Translations under genes and position numbers: made by a program
Notes under the pieces: generated by a model
What the model was told of the DNA's origin: nothing
The model's database searches: none
What the model saw: only the letters and a program-made list of their open reading frames with translations
Part shown: positions 37,635 through 47,449 of the stretch, piece after piece
How positions within the stretch are numbered: the stretch's first letter is position 1
Layout of the letters: each line of letters starts with the position of its first letter
Source of the DNA: a virus
Taxonomy: Duplodnaviria > Caudoviricetes
DNA: 64,000 nucleotides
Strand: one strand, 5' to 3'
Virus record (IMG/VR): IMGVR_UViG_3300046318_000318

Positions 37635-39313
37635 CAGTCGTTGAGATGATTATCTCTAATAGTGATAATGCCGTTTACTTGAACAGTGTTAAAACCTATT
37701 CGATTACGTCTGTAGTTTTCCACCATAAGTGGATCCAGTCCGTCAAATATAGAATTAAACTGAGTGCTCGGGAAATAGTTACCCTGCAATCCAGTTCCGT
37801 GATAGTTAGCACCAGGGTTAATCTGATAATTATTATTACCAGGTCTATATCCTGTCAGTATGCGATAGGTCTCACTAAAGTGGAAATCAGAGATTCTATT
37901 TAAATCACCAAGATTATTAAAATCAGGATGGTTTTTCAGAAGTTCATTCAGAGCACCTATGATCTTAACAAAGACTTTGGGATTGTTCCTTAGCCTTCGT
38001 ATGGCATCACTATCTAAGTAACTGATGTCAGTCACTAAAGACAGCCTGATGCGATGTTGGTTTCTGAGATTAAGGTCAGTAAGTGATTTTATATTTAAAC
38101 TGCTATCACATGTCAGAATAGGTGACGTGGTTAAAGTATCATTTCTATACAGATTCACTTGAACTATAGACCTAAACCTCTGGCATATGTACTGATACTC
38201 ACCAGCTATTAACCAATCTAAAAGATCCTGATCTAAGACTATTGGATCTAGTTCTTTTAAATTCAGTAAAGTTTTTCTATCATTCTCTACTTGAGTAAGA
38301 GCCATTAGGACAGTACCTGTACCAGGCATAGCCTGAGGTATGACATAATCATCAAACTCAGGTAGCTTAATATAAGCTTGTGGATCTACTATGGCATTCA
38401 TAGTGGTATCGTATTCGAAGGCTCTCATGGCGTAGAGACTGCCTTGGAAACTCAAAACCATCTTATTCAAATCCACACTTGTGTCTGTAAAGGCTGTATA
38501 GGCAAAGGGTAGTAACTGGTTATGCACCATGACTGGATATCTTACATGACAAGCATAAGGTTTGTCATACGTAAGCTTATAGTTCAAAGTAACAGTCCAG
38601 ATACCTTTGTCATTATCTTTCTCTGGTTTGTCAGGTAAAGGTTCAAAATCGTAATAACCAAAGACCCTGGTTTGAGTTTCAGCTATGCCTAATCTGGCAT
38701 CTTTACCTACCAGATCACCTATCAGGGTAAGTCTATCTGTGGATTTACTCTTAAAGTATTCCACAAAACCTTCGTTATAGGGTTCTATGGCTTCTCTCTG
38801 AGTGTAGATATCTTTAAGCAATATCAGTATTTCAGCAGGTAATAGATAGTGATACTTGATCACATGTGTATTGACATCCCTCATCTGAGATATCCTTAAC
38901 CGCATGTCATCTCTCCACCTCATAGCCTCAGTCCTGCTATGAGTCCTGTACCGCATGGTGATCTTAAGCTCTACCTTGGTATATAGAGGTACCACAGCCA
39001 CGCCTAGGGCTTTGTCTAAGAAAACAGGCTGAGCGCCATAACCATGCACAGACGAAGTAGCTACGTTATCTATGTCGTGATCTTCTTCTACTTCAATAAA
39101 GATAGCTTTAGTAGTATCGAAAGAAGCAAATCTATCAGCAGATGAGTTTAACTCACTACCTGCTGTCCTCATACGCTCAGTTTCACCAGGATAAAACACA
39201 GGTGTATCGGTGGGTATCTTGGTGACAGCTTTAACTTGATTAACGATATCTATAACCACAGGTCTGGATATAGCCTGAGATGTCTCAGGTAAAGTCATGC
39301 TGATCTTAGGCAT
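37634..39313 (-). CDS. Virion structural protein (phiKZ gp98-like)
   Basis: 559 aa; ISRPVVIDIV and YPVMVHNQLLP motifs; synteny. Confidence 0.65.
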   Translation of the reverse strand: MPKISMTLPETSQAISRPVVIDIVNQVKAVTKIPTDTPVFYPGETERMRTAGSELNSSADRFASFDTTKAIFIEVEEDHDIDNVATSSVHGYGAQPVFLDKALGVAVVPLYTKVELKITMRYRTHSRTEAMRWRDDMRLRISQMRDVNTHVIKYHYLLPAEILILLKDIYTQREAIEPYNEGFVEYFKSKSTDRLTLIGDLVGKDARLGIAETQTRVFGYYDFEPLPDKPEKDNDKGIWTVTLNYKLTYDKPYACHVRYPVMVHNQLLPFAYTAFTDTSVDLNKMVLSFQGSLYAMRAFEYDTTMNAIVDPQAYIKLPEFDDYVIPQAMPGTGTVLMALTQVENDRKTLLNLKELDPIVLDQDLLDWLIAGEYQYICQRFRSIVQVNLYRNDTLTTSPILTCDSSLNIKSLTDLNLRNQHRIRLSLVTDISYLDSDAIRRLRNNPKVFVKIIGALNELLKNHPDFNNLGDLNRISDFHFSETYRILTGYRPGNNNYQINPGANYHGTGLQGNYFPSTQFNSIFDGLDPLMVENYRRNRIGFNTVQVNGIITIRDNHLND

Positions 39314-39314
39314 A

Positions 39315-39830
39315 TCACCAACTTTCTAAGGCTGTTTGTGTTTTCTGTACAAACGGAGAAGACTTGGTCACACCGTAGTTTTCCCTGTCTTTGATATTTA
39401 CTTCACAGAGATTCAACTTCTTAAAGACTTTTTTGAAAAAAGAAATGTCGTAGATCTCTGGAAAATCGAATTGACCTGAAGTCAAATCATAGATGGTCGT
39501 ATTGATTAAAACCACTACGTGACCTGATCTAGGGTTAAGCCTACCAAACTTAAGAGCGTCGTTCTTAACTCTAACCAATCTTTTATTCTCATCGTCATCT
39601 GGTATCTCAGTGATGAGTTTAAAAGCATAGTCGTGAGCTGCTTCACCTTCAATTGTTTTATTAAAAGAAGATCCGCCTAATATGTCACAGGGTATGTCTT
39701 TAGTGACTAACTTTCTTCTGAGATATTCGGATGCATAAGAGCAGTAACCGGTACCTCTGTGATCTGCTATATAAGGATGTTCTTCCCTGACTTCTTTCAT
39801 AGAAGCAAGGACTTCTTCGTGTTGTATCAT
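39315..39830 (-). CDS. Transglutaminase/papain-like Cys-His-Asp protein with C-terminal ALESW
   Basis: GYCSYAS, GHVVVLI, YDLTSGQF in the expected order. Confidence 0.55.
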   Translation of the reverse strand: MIQHEEVLASMKEVREEHPYIADHRGTGYCSYASEYLRRKLVTKDIPCDILGGSSFNKTIEGEAAHDYAFKLITEIPDDDENKRLVRVKNDALKFGRLNPRSGHVVVLINTTIYDLTSGQFDFPEIYDISFFKKVFKKLNLCEVNIKDRENYGVTKSSPFVQKTQTALESW

Positions 39831-39878
39831 GTCTATCCAAGCCTATTAGATTTGTTCATAGGATAGCTTAGAAATAAA

Positions 39879-39916
39879 TGACTGTAAAGAGACGGATATC
39901 CGTCTCTTTACAGTCA
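39879..39916. repeat. Perfect 38-bp palindrome (terminator-like)
   Basis: TGACTGTAAAGAGACGGAT-ATCCGTCTCTTTACAGTCA. Confidence 0.9.
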
Positions 39917-41299
39917 GTGTTTAGCAAGTGCTAGCTCTATTTCGTGTCTGTCTTCTAATAAATGAACTAAAGGTCCAAGTATACTTGACATCATAAGATT
40001 CTGTTCTTGTATAATAGCCACTATGTGAAGTATGGAAACCAGTATGTTCAGATTTTGTCTGACTCTAGCGGCTATATACTGACCTGTAAATGTTTCATCT
40101 ATCTTTGCCTTATCAGACATTTTTTCTAATTCTTTTTGACAGTCTTTTAACAAAGGCAGAGTATATTTGGTCGCATCATTTATTTCATTTTGATTTTCTT
40201 GTATAGTCCTGATTCGATCTATAATGGTTAGTCTCATGGGGCTGATTCCATTACCATTATGCAAATCAGGTAAATGTTTATAAATAACCTCACCTATTTT
40301 ATAAATGTCATCGTTTTTAGGATCAGCTCTGAGTTTTTTAAACTCCAATCTAGAGACAGGATTTTTATTTTCATTGATGCATGTCAGTTGACACCATCCA
40401 AATACATCTGGTAAATAAAATACAATTTTTTTACCATTTGTTACATTTTCCAATTTGCTGTCTTTTATTCTGCTTAAGGCTTCGAACACAACAGCCGCCA
40501 CTTGCAGGTTCTTGCTATATGCAAACTCTCCACCTCTGAAACTCTCTAATTTACCGTGTTGTGTATATATGTCAGATTCTTTTAAATAATTTTCATAGTT
40601 AAAAGGAATAGTTTTCACCAGACTCAGAAGCGGTTTAATTTCCTTAACCAAAGCTTCTAATCTGTTAATAGAAAGATTAAAACTTTTATGGGGATCATTA
40701 TCATGTTCTCTTAGGTAATCTCTGAATCTAGAAAGACCTCTGATAGTTATATCTTTTTCTTTGAGAAGATCTTCCTTGCTTCTTTCAGCGCGTGGTTTCC
40801 AGTCAGAATCTGAATTTTTACCAGCTGATGGTTTGGCGTGTGAGGTATTTTTAGAACTGCTTTTTTCAGTTTTCCTAACAACTTCCTCAGCTTTTTTTAA
40901 ATTTTTATCAACCTTTTCAGACGGAGATCCACCACCGCCCCCGCCACCAGACGATCCACCACCGAATAAATTAGCAAACCAATCTATAATTTTAGATATA
41001 ATTGAGACTATTGTGTCCCAAACACCTTTTAGAAAAGTACCTATACCTTCTTCAGCATAGCTTAAATCAGTATTGAGTCCGTATTTACCACCGATCTCTT
41101 TCAGCTGATTACATTCCGATTCTAAAGATAAATTATTTTTAGCATCTGTTTTAAACTCACAAAGTCTATTCAGATCGGATATAGACTCCATCATTAAGTT
41201 ATAATTAGTTGTAATTTCTTCAGAGGTGTCAACATAGTTTTCTAATGATGTATTAATCTGAGAAATTTCTTCTTGAAACATAGTTGTAAACTTTAACAT
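39914..41299 (-). CDS. Internal head protein paralog
   Basis: SLE/AEE sites, then GIGTFLKGVWDTIVSIISKIIDWFANLF and poly-Gly. Confidence 0.7.
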   Translation of the reverse strand: MLKFTTMFQEEISQINTSLENYVDTSEEITTNYNLMMESISDLNRLCEFKTDAKNNLSLESECNQLKEIGGKYGLNTDLSYAEEGIGTFLKGVWDTIVSIISKIIDWFANLFGGGSSGGGGGGGSPSEKVDKNLKKAEEVVRKTEKSSSKNTSHAKPSAGKNSDSDWKPRAERSKEDLLKEKDITIRGLSRFRDYLREHDNDPHKSFNLSINRLEALVKEIKPLLSLVKTIPFNYENYLKESDIYTQHGKLESFRGGEFAYSKNLQVAAVVFEALSRIKDSKLENVTNGKKIVFYLPDVFGWCQLTCINENKNPVSRLEFKKLRADPKNDDIYKIGEVIYKHLPDLHNGNGISPMRLTIIDRIRTIQENQNEINDATKYTLPLLKDCQKELEKMSDKAKIDETFTGQYIAARVRQNLNILVSILHIVAIIQEQNLMMSSILGPLVHLLEDRHEIELALAKH

Positions 41300-41347
41300 G
41301 TCGAGTTCTTTCTTTGAAATTGAGAGAGGATCATAAAATACAGATAG

Positions 41348-41389
41348 GTAAAATAAACATCTGGATATTTATCCAGATGTTTATTTTAC
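41348..41389. terminator. Inverted repeat, bidirectional terminator-like
   Basis: 20-bp arms with a 2-nt centre. Confidence 0.75.
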
Positions 41390-41402
41390 AAGTAAATAGT
41401 TT

Positions 41403-42794
41403 TCACTTAACTAAATTAACGTAACATTTTGCCAGACCATTTAATATTTCTATTATCTTTCTCAGTTCACTGACAAGTAGTGTATTCATTTTTATCCCTA
41501 TAGTTAACCCAGATAATCTTTCATGCAAAGCTTCTTTCAGCGCTGTTGTTTCCCCGTTGTTATCTTGGAAACGATCTTCTTTTAGCAATGATTCTATTTC
41601 CTTTTGCTGTCTTTTAAGTCCTGTTGAGAATTTCACACCATCTATTTTTAAACCCTTACTAAATTCTCTTAAATGACTTACTGCATCTTTAAACGAGTTG
41701 CTATTAGAGTCAACTGAAAAATGTTGAAAATCGCTAAAATTGACACTTAGTTTAGATATGTTAGCAAGACCGATTGGAGTTATTTCTAATGTTGTCTGTG
41801 CGGTGTTGTTATCTTTTTCAGTAATGTTAAAGTTACAATTATGAAATACTGAGCTGAAGCTGGCGCCTGTTTCAGTACGATGAAAATCCGGTAGTTTACT
41901 TAGTTCGTCAGTAATACCTATATTAATATCTCGTTCACTGTCAACCGATATATCTTGAATCTTGAAGCTGTCGTACACAACACAAATAGTACCCACAGCT
42001 GTCTGAAGTTTCGCGTATTTTTCTAAAGCGGTCGTTACAGAATCTTTCACATTGTATGTTATTCCTAATTTTTTCATTAGGTTGGTATAGACAGCATATT
42101 GTTTCGATATAACACCAGTGTCATTTCCGTTAACATCATGTCCTTCTTTAGGACCACCGTTAACCAAATCTACAGTAGTCAGCGGTCCGGCTTCGGCTCG
42201 CTTTTTATTCATAGCTTCAGTTTGTCTTTTCATCTCAGGGGCTTCAAGCTCCATTTGCTGACGACAGCGGTCTACAGCTTCTTGATCTATTTCTTTTATC
42301 TCCTGAGTGGTATTTTCCACCTCTTCTATTTTTCTCTCTATTACAGCTATAGAAGAACCACCACCGCCACCACCGGACGACCCACCACCGAATAAATTAC
42401 TCATCCAGTCTATCATTCGTTTTATGGCTGAGATAATAGCGTCCCAGATGGATTTTAGAAAACTACCGATACCTTCAACCGCATAATTAATACCCCCATT
42501 TATGTTTTCAAGTGCAAAATAACTAGGTTTATAATCCATACCCTGGCGTTGACAAATACTCCCAACTGTTATTCCAATTTGCTCTAAACCAAATTTGTCG
42601 ATATTTTGCTTTTCAACTAAATGAGATAACCTCATAAGCGTATTTGCGTCTTCTACCGCGACATCCACCATGGTAGACAGAGTTTGAATATTCTGAATAT
42701 CGCTATTTACATTCTCTTCTTCAATTAACTGTTCTATAGCTAGTTGGAAATCAGATTTATTATGGACAAACAAAGTGTTAAATGACTTATTCAT
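41403..42794 (-). CDS. Internal head protein paralog
   Basis: ALE/AVE sites, then GIGSFLKSIWDAIISAIKRMIDWMSNLF and poly-Gly; tandem paralog of 39914-41299. Confidence 0.7.
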   Translation of the reverse strand: MNKSFNTLFVHNKSDFQLAIEQLIEEENVNSDIQNIQTLSTMVDVAVEDANTLMRLSHLVEKQNIDKFGLEQIGITVGSICQRQGMDYKPSYFALENINGGINYAVEGIGSFLKSIWDAIISAIKRMIDWMSNLFGGGSSGGGGGGSSIAVIERKIEEVENTTQEIKEIDQEAVDRCRQQMELEAPEMKRQTEAMNKKRAEAGPLTTVDLVNGGPKEGHDVNGNDTGVISKQYAVYTNLMKKLGITYNVKDSVTTALEKYAKLQTAVGTICVVYDSFKIQDISVDSERDINIGITDELSKLPDFHRTETGASFSSVFHNCNFNITEKDNNTAQTTLEITPIGLANISKLSVNFSDFQHFSVDSNSNSFKDAVSHLREFSKGLKIDGVKFSTGLKRQQKEIESLLKEDRFQDNNGETTALKEALHERLSGLTIGIKMNTLLVSELRKIIEILNGLAKCYVNLVK

Positions 42795-42819
42795 GATTTT
42801 GTATAAAAAAGTTTAGGAA

Positions 42820-42853
42820 ATAAAGAGTTAGACCCAAGGGTCTAACTCTTTAT
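42820..42853. terminator. Inverted repeat, terminator-like
   Basis: ATAAAGAGTTAGACCC-AA-GGGTCTAACTCTTTAT. Confidence 0.75.
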
Positions 42854-42867
42854 ATTTTTATAAAGAC

Positions 42868-44250
42868 TTAAGCGTCTTTATACTGAGCCATAGATTGAGC
42901 GCAATAGCTCAAAGCCTCTTTACCGGCCTTAACGTTCCATGCAGGCGTTTGTGTATAAACACGAGTCAGGGTAGCGTTCAGTCCGTTGAACAAGTCACGA
43001 ATGTCACCAGTAGCTTTTTTAGCATCGTAATGCTCTTTGGTAGCCGTGGCATCAGCATCACTCTTAAGTTGGTTGACAACATCGGCTCTGCTAATTGCTA
43101 CGTCAACAGTTTTACTCAGTTGTGTGGAAAGTTTTTCAATATCGGCTTTCTTTTTACCAAAACTGATAGTCTCGTCCATCAACTTAATGACGCTATCACA
43201 AATATTGAAAATACCACTGCTGTCTAAAGTCTTGACAGTTTTCTCACCCTGAGATTCAACAGGTCGGGTAGCAAACTCAACAGTAAAAGACGCCACGTCA
43301 ACATTATTGTTTTTGGTGGTAGATTTGATAAAGTTAAGTGTGGCACCACCCACGTAACCACCCACGGAAGACACTTCCACAAGTTTCTTATCGTTAGATG
43401 CTTTATTGTCTTTTGTGTAAGCGACAGTGTGTTCACCAGCTTTCATGATGCCGCCTACGTACGCTTCAGCAGCTTTAGACGCGTTCTCAACCTTGTCACC
43501 GGTCGCACTGCCTTGTGCTGTGATGGCGACTTCGAGAGTACTGATGTTTTTATACGCATCAGCGCTACTATCGCTAACAGATTTCGTCAGCTTAAAATGA
43601 TTTTCAAGAACTGTTGTCACGCTATTGTCTGCTATTTTACCACCTTGTGCAAAGGCAGCGAAAACAGACTTTGAGGTAAAAGTGTCTTTTTCTTTACGCT
43701 TACTACCCATTTTGGAAGCTTTTTCCTTCATAGCTTCAGCAGCTTTTTTAACTTTCTCAGCATTCACGAAAAAGCGAGAGAAGAAGTCTTTGATTTTCGT
43801 CCAGGTATTCTTGACGAATTTCTTGATGGCTTCCCAGATACGCTTGATGGTGTCGGTGAAACCGTTTTCCAGAGCGACTTTGGTGGCAGCCAGACGGGTG
43901 TTGCTGGAACCGAAAGATTCGGTAGCAGGCATCAGACGATGTGCGTGTGGGATACCCAGGCGGTTGCAGATCGACTCAACGACCACTTGAGCCACTTGAG
44001 CGGTGGTCTCGTCCATACCTTGACCAGACTGAACAGTCTGAGCCACCACGTCCTGAACTTTTTCCAGGGTTTCAGCATCAGCAGCAGCAGCGACGGTGTC
44101 GTCAGCAGCTTGTGCGATTTCTTGTGCTTCGGTAGCCACTTCTTGAGCAGCGTCCGTTGCCTCAGCCATGGCTTGTGCGACGCCTTCGTCGGTACCAACC
44201 ACTTGAGACACTTCATCGTTTTCCATTGCGAAAACTAAACCTTTAGCCAT
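42868..44250 (-). CDS. Abundant internal head/inner-body protein (phiKZ gp93-like)
   Basis: Acidic Ala-rich propeptide with AME, ATE and ALE sites, then GFTDTIKRIWEAIKKFV; start at 44250 has a GGAG RBS (ORF track 44334). Confidence 0.75.
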   Translation of the reverse strand: MAKGLVFAMENDEVSQVVGTDEGVAQAMAEATDAAQEVATEAQEIAQAADDTVAAAADAETLEKVQDVVAQTVQSGQGMDETTAQVAQVVVESICNRLGIPHAHRLMPATESFGSSNTRLAATKVALENGFTDTIKRIWEAIKKFVKNTWTKIKDFFSRFFVNAEKVKKAAEAMKEKASKMGSKRKEKDTFTSKSVFAAFAQGGKIADNSVTTVLENHFKLTKSVSDSSADAYKNISTLEVAITAQGSATGDKVENASKAAEAYVGGIMKAGEHTVAYTKDNKASNDKKLVEVSSVGGYVGGATLNFIKSTTKNNNVDVASFTVEFATRPVESQGEKTVKTLDSSGIFNICDSVIKLMDETISFGKKKADIEKLSTQLSKTVDVAISRADVVNQLKSDADATATKEHYDAKKATGDIRDLFNGLNATLTRVYTQTPAWNVKAGKEALSYCAQSMAQYKDA

Positions 44251-44355
44251 TTTGAGCACTCCAAAATTAAAATTTAACAAACGTTTGTCGGCTAACTTAA
44301 CAAATAAAGCATAGATCTTTATCTGCTCTATCACCAGCCATGTAATAGATAAAAA

Positions 44356-45852
44356 TCACTGAAGGTGCGTCAGATTGTCTTGAGCGAACTTAATATTTGC
44401 TTTCAAAACTCTAACAGCAAAATCATGGATATCCATACTGCCCTTGATATAAACCTTTTCAGCGAAGATGGTCTTAACGTAAATTAGCTCTATGAGACTT
44501 GTCTTTACGTCCAACTTATTAGAAGAGTGGAAGATTTGATTTAGATAAGCTTTGAAGCTATACCTTAATTTCATCTTGCTGCTCATAAGCTGTTCAAACA
44601 ACTTCTTATGTTCTATACAAGCCAGCATCAGTTTATTCAATTCTTCTAAGTAAGCTTTTAACTCACTCTTAGAAAGATAAGCTATGCTATTAACATGCTT
44701 ATAACTGCTGGTGTCTGCAACCAAAGCTGCATAACTATGCTGGTATGCTTTTACATAAGCATCTTCATCTGCTATACCGTTAACAGGCACCACGAGCATT
44801 AACTTGACATCGCCAGGTAGAATTGCATCGCTTATTAAGCTATGTGTGTTCTCTGGTATGTCTGTATAACCCTCTAGGTTACCTGGCTTCACTATAGATC
44901 CAAGTTCATTCAGCTTCAATATATTAGAAGGTTTTGCATTTACAGTACCAAGATCTTGTTGTACAAAGTTCATGGTCTGTGTGAAATCATCTAAAGAAGA
45001 CTTCACCAAAACACTCATTGTGTTGTTCATGAAAGAAGAAAAAGCTTTGTTGTTTGCTTTTAAATCTACTGAACTTCCTATCTTAAGCTGATCTATGACT
45101 TTGGCTGAGGTGTAACTTCCTTCGGCTTTGTCTTTTTTAACGCTATCCAGGCTTTTATGCAAAGCCACAAGTTGGTGTTGTAGATCTTCATAGCTATCAA
45201 ACCTTCTGCTAATATAGTCTTTAAGATCACCCATGCTGTTAAACAGAAACTTTACCAAATGCACCGCAGTGAATAACACGGCTGACCCCACATTCTTAAG
45301 CACGACCAAGCCGTACTTAAGTCCTAACATACCGAACCATTTCATGAAGTCAAGCGTCTTACTGCCTAACTCCTGATCGTCCATGTATTCTTTAGCGATC
45401 TGAGCTTTAGGTAAGACATAGGCTTCAGAAGCCACTTGAGCTTTCTGAGGCGTGCTAACAGGCTCTTCTGTGTCCTGAGCTTTGTCTTTATCTTTACCGT
45501 CTTCAGACTTATCCTTTTCACCATCCTGAGTTTTCTGAGTCTTCTCAGGTTCTTGAGCTTTCTGACTTTCGTCACCAGCGTCTTGGCCAGCTGGCTCCTG
45601 TGCAGACTGACCAGTCTGAGCAGAACCATCTTGACTACCAGCATCCTGAGCATTAGCGTCTTGTGATCCTGTATCCTGCGTTGGTTGTGCAGTCTGTCCT
45701 GCATCAGGCTCTTCAGCAGCCTGTTGAGCTTTAGAGGATTCTTCTATGTCGAAAGCCAGCAAATGAGAAGAACTGGTCTTGCGGGCCAGTTCTTCTTGTT
45801 TTTCTAGTTCGTCGACAGCAAGTTCCTCTATGACGTATTTGAATTGTGTCAT
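44356..45852 (-). CDS. Internal head protein (phiKZ gp92-like) with low-complexity QDAG-repeat propeptide
   Basis: QDAGSQDANAQDAGSQDGS repeats, ASE site; synteny. Confidence 0.65.
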   Translation of the reverse strand: MTQFKYVIEELAVDELEKQEELARKTSSSHLLAFDIEESSKAQQAAEEPDAGQTAQPTQDTGSQDANAQDAGSQDGSAQTGQSAQEPAGQDAGDESQKAQEPEKTQKTQDGEKDKSEDGKDKDKAQDTEEPVSTPQKAQVASEAYVLPKAQIAKEYMDDQELGSKTLDFMKWFGMLGLKYGLVVLKNVGSAVLFTAVHLVKFLFNSMGDLKDYISRRFDSYEDLQHQLVALHKSLDSVKKDKAEGSYTSAKVIDQLKIGSSVDLKANNKAFSSFMNNTMSVLVKSSLDDFTQTMNFVQQDLGTVNAKPSNILKLNELGSIVKPGNLEGYTDIPENTHSLISDAILPGDVKLMLVVPVNGIADEDAYVKAYQHSYAALVADTSSYKHVNSIAYLSKSELKAYLEELNKLMLACIEHKKLFEQLMSSKMKLRYSFKAYLNQIFHSSNKLDVKTSLIELIYVKTIFAEKVYIKGSMDIHDFAVRVLKANIKFAQDNLTHLQ

Positions 45853-45864
45853 AGAGCCTCTTTC

Positions 45865-46509
45865 TTAATAACCACGGATATTGTTAGACACATCCACGAT
45901 ATCATATCTGCTACCAAAGATAGTAAACAGAGACAACAACATATCAGCAAATCGTTCAGTATCCCCAGACCAATGCTGCACCAACTCTAAAGTAGTGATG
46001 TTTTCAAGCACTGCTTGATTATGCGTAAAAGCGTTCTTATACTTACCAGCATAAGTATTCTTAAAGTAATAATCAAAGTCAACCAACGTAGCTTTACTAG
46101 CCAAGTTGTTTTCAAGCATACGATGCCATTGAACAGCCTGTATTTTACGCGGCTGTTTGTAAATGGCAAACTCAATAGTCTCAGTTAAGAAAACTGTGTG
46201 TAGTTGAGATATGTTTCCCGATTTATACTGAATATTAATCCAGTCGTAGAAATACATCTTTGGGAATTGTCCAAAAGCAAATTTTAAAACACTCTCGATA
46301 AACTCAGTAGAATTTAACAGCTGTTTATTCTTAGATGCTCTTTTGTAAAAGTTAGTAATCTCTTCACTGTAAAAGAAATCATTTCTGTTTTTCAAATGAT
46401 CTTTATTAAGAGTGAAGTCAACAAAGGGGTCTTTTTCCATTTGGGTTTTGGTCAGACCTTTTTCCCGCATGGCTATAAACCCTGATTGAAGTATGGCGTA
46501 TCGTTCCAT
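45865..46509 (-). CDS. Conserved jumbo-phage protein (phiKZ gp91-like)
   Basis: FYDWINIQ motif; 214 aa; synteny. Confidence 0.6.
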   Translation of the reverse strand: MERYAILQSGFIAMREKGLTKTQMEKDPFVDFTLNKDHLKNRNDFFYSEEITNFYKRASKNKQLLNSTEFIESVLKFAFGQFPKMYFYDWINIQYKSGNISQLHTVFLTETIEFAIYKQPRKIQAVQWHRMLENNLASKATLVDFDYYFKNTYAGKYKNAFTHNQAVLENITTLELVQHWSGDTERFADMLLSLFTIFGSRYDIVDVSNNIRGY

Positions 46510-46518
46510 TTATATACC

Positions 46519-47430
46519 TCAATCTTCGTTAAGATCTTCTTCCACACGCTTCAGTTCGCGTTCGATCTTGTCGATACGACTCTGAAGATATGTGATTTCC
46601 TGTTCCAGTTTAGGGTCGCTTTTGTTCTCAGCTTTTAATTTTAGATGCAGAAGACGAAGTTCAAGGACTTTCTTTTTGTCCTTGTTAGCCTTATAACGAC
46701 CGGCTTGCCATTCAGAGATAGCCAAACGAACATGATAGATAGGGTTGTAATAGAACCCGGACATCATATACCCTGTGCTAAAAGGATCTAAAGTAGATTC
46801 CTTGTAGACGCCAGACACAGACATCTGAGTCTTTTCATTTACAACCACCTCAGGAATCTCTTTGATGACTTTTCTGAACTCATTAGGTTGAACAGCATAC
46901 TCACCCAGAACCTTAGCAAAGCGACTCATGTTGTTTTCGACGTGTTTGATCTTAACAACAGAGAGATCAAAAGCATCGCTGTCTTCAGAAACCACAGCAG
47001 TTTCCTGAACATAAGCATAGTTCAACAGATCGAGCATGTAGCCAGATAAGAAAGAAATGCTTTCAGCAGCTCTGACCATCAAGACTTTACGAGCCGTCAT
47101 GCCATCACGTATAACGTCTTGTTCCATCTCAGCTTCTATAAGAGTAGCCAGATACTTGGTGTTTTCCACCAGGTTAGGCAAACGTCTATAGATATCAGCG
47201 ATAACACTGCTTTGCTTAATAGACTTGTCGTTGATATTTCTATAGAACTCATCAGAGATATCTTTGACTTCAGAAGATTTGACTCTGTTCATCTTAAAGA
47301 ACTCTGTAGCTACAGAGTAATTAGGAACCACAGAGTTCTCGATCTCAGCCAGAGTCACACGCAGATCTTCTATGATCCTATTCTTTTCTAAGCTGGGTAG
47401 AAGACGTTTTGCAAAATCGTACAGTTTCAT
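46519..47430 (-). CDS. Inner-body protein (phiKZ gp90-like)
   Basis: 303 aa; YNPIYHVRL and LELRLLHLK...DPKLEQEI motifs; synteny. Confidence 0.7.
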   Translation of the reverse strand: MKLYDFAKRLLPSLEKNRIIEDLRVTLAEIENSVVPNYSVATEFFKMNRVKSSEVKDISDEFYRNINDKSIKQSSVIADIYRRLPNLVENTKYLATLIEAEMEQDVIRDGMTARKVLMVRAAESISFLSGYMLDLLNYAYVQETAVVSEDSDAFDLSVVKIKHVENNMSRFAKVLGEYAVQPNEFRKVIKEIPEVVVNEKTQMSVSGVYKESTLDPFSTGYMMSGFYYNPIYHVRLAISEWQAGRYKANKDKKKVLELRLLHLKLKAENKSDPKLEQEITYLQSRIDKIERELKRVEEDLNED

Positions 47431-47449
47431 TTTTTAACTTTCTTTTGAT

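Noticed and set aside
24282-41335. Additional TATG late-promoter candidates (24282, 31821, 37564, 39857, 41332, minus strand)
   Set aside because: Positions upstream of structural genes are plausible, but a 4-nt motif in AT-rich DNA cannot be supported without TSS data.
45600-45720. Short tandem-like repeats in the 44356-45852 gene
   Set aside because: They encode a low-complexity QDAG-rich propeptide; no independent DNA-level function is evident.
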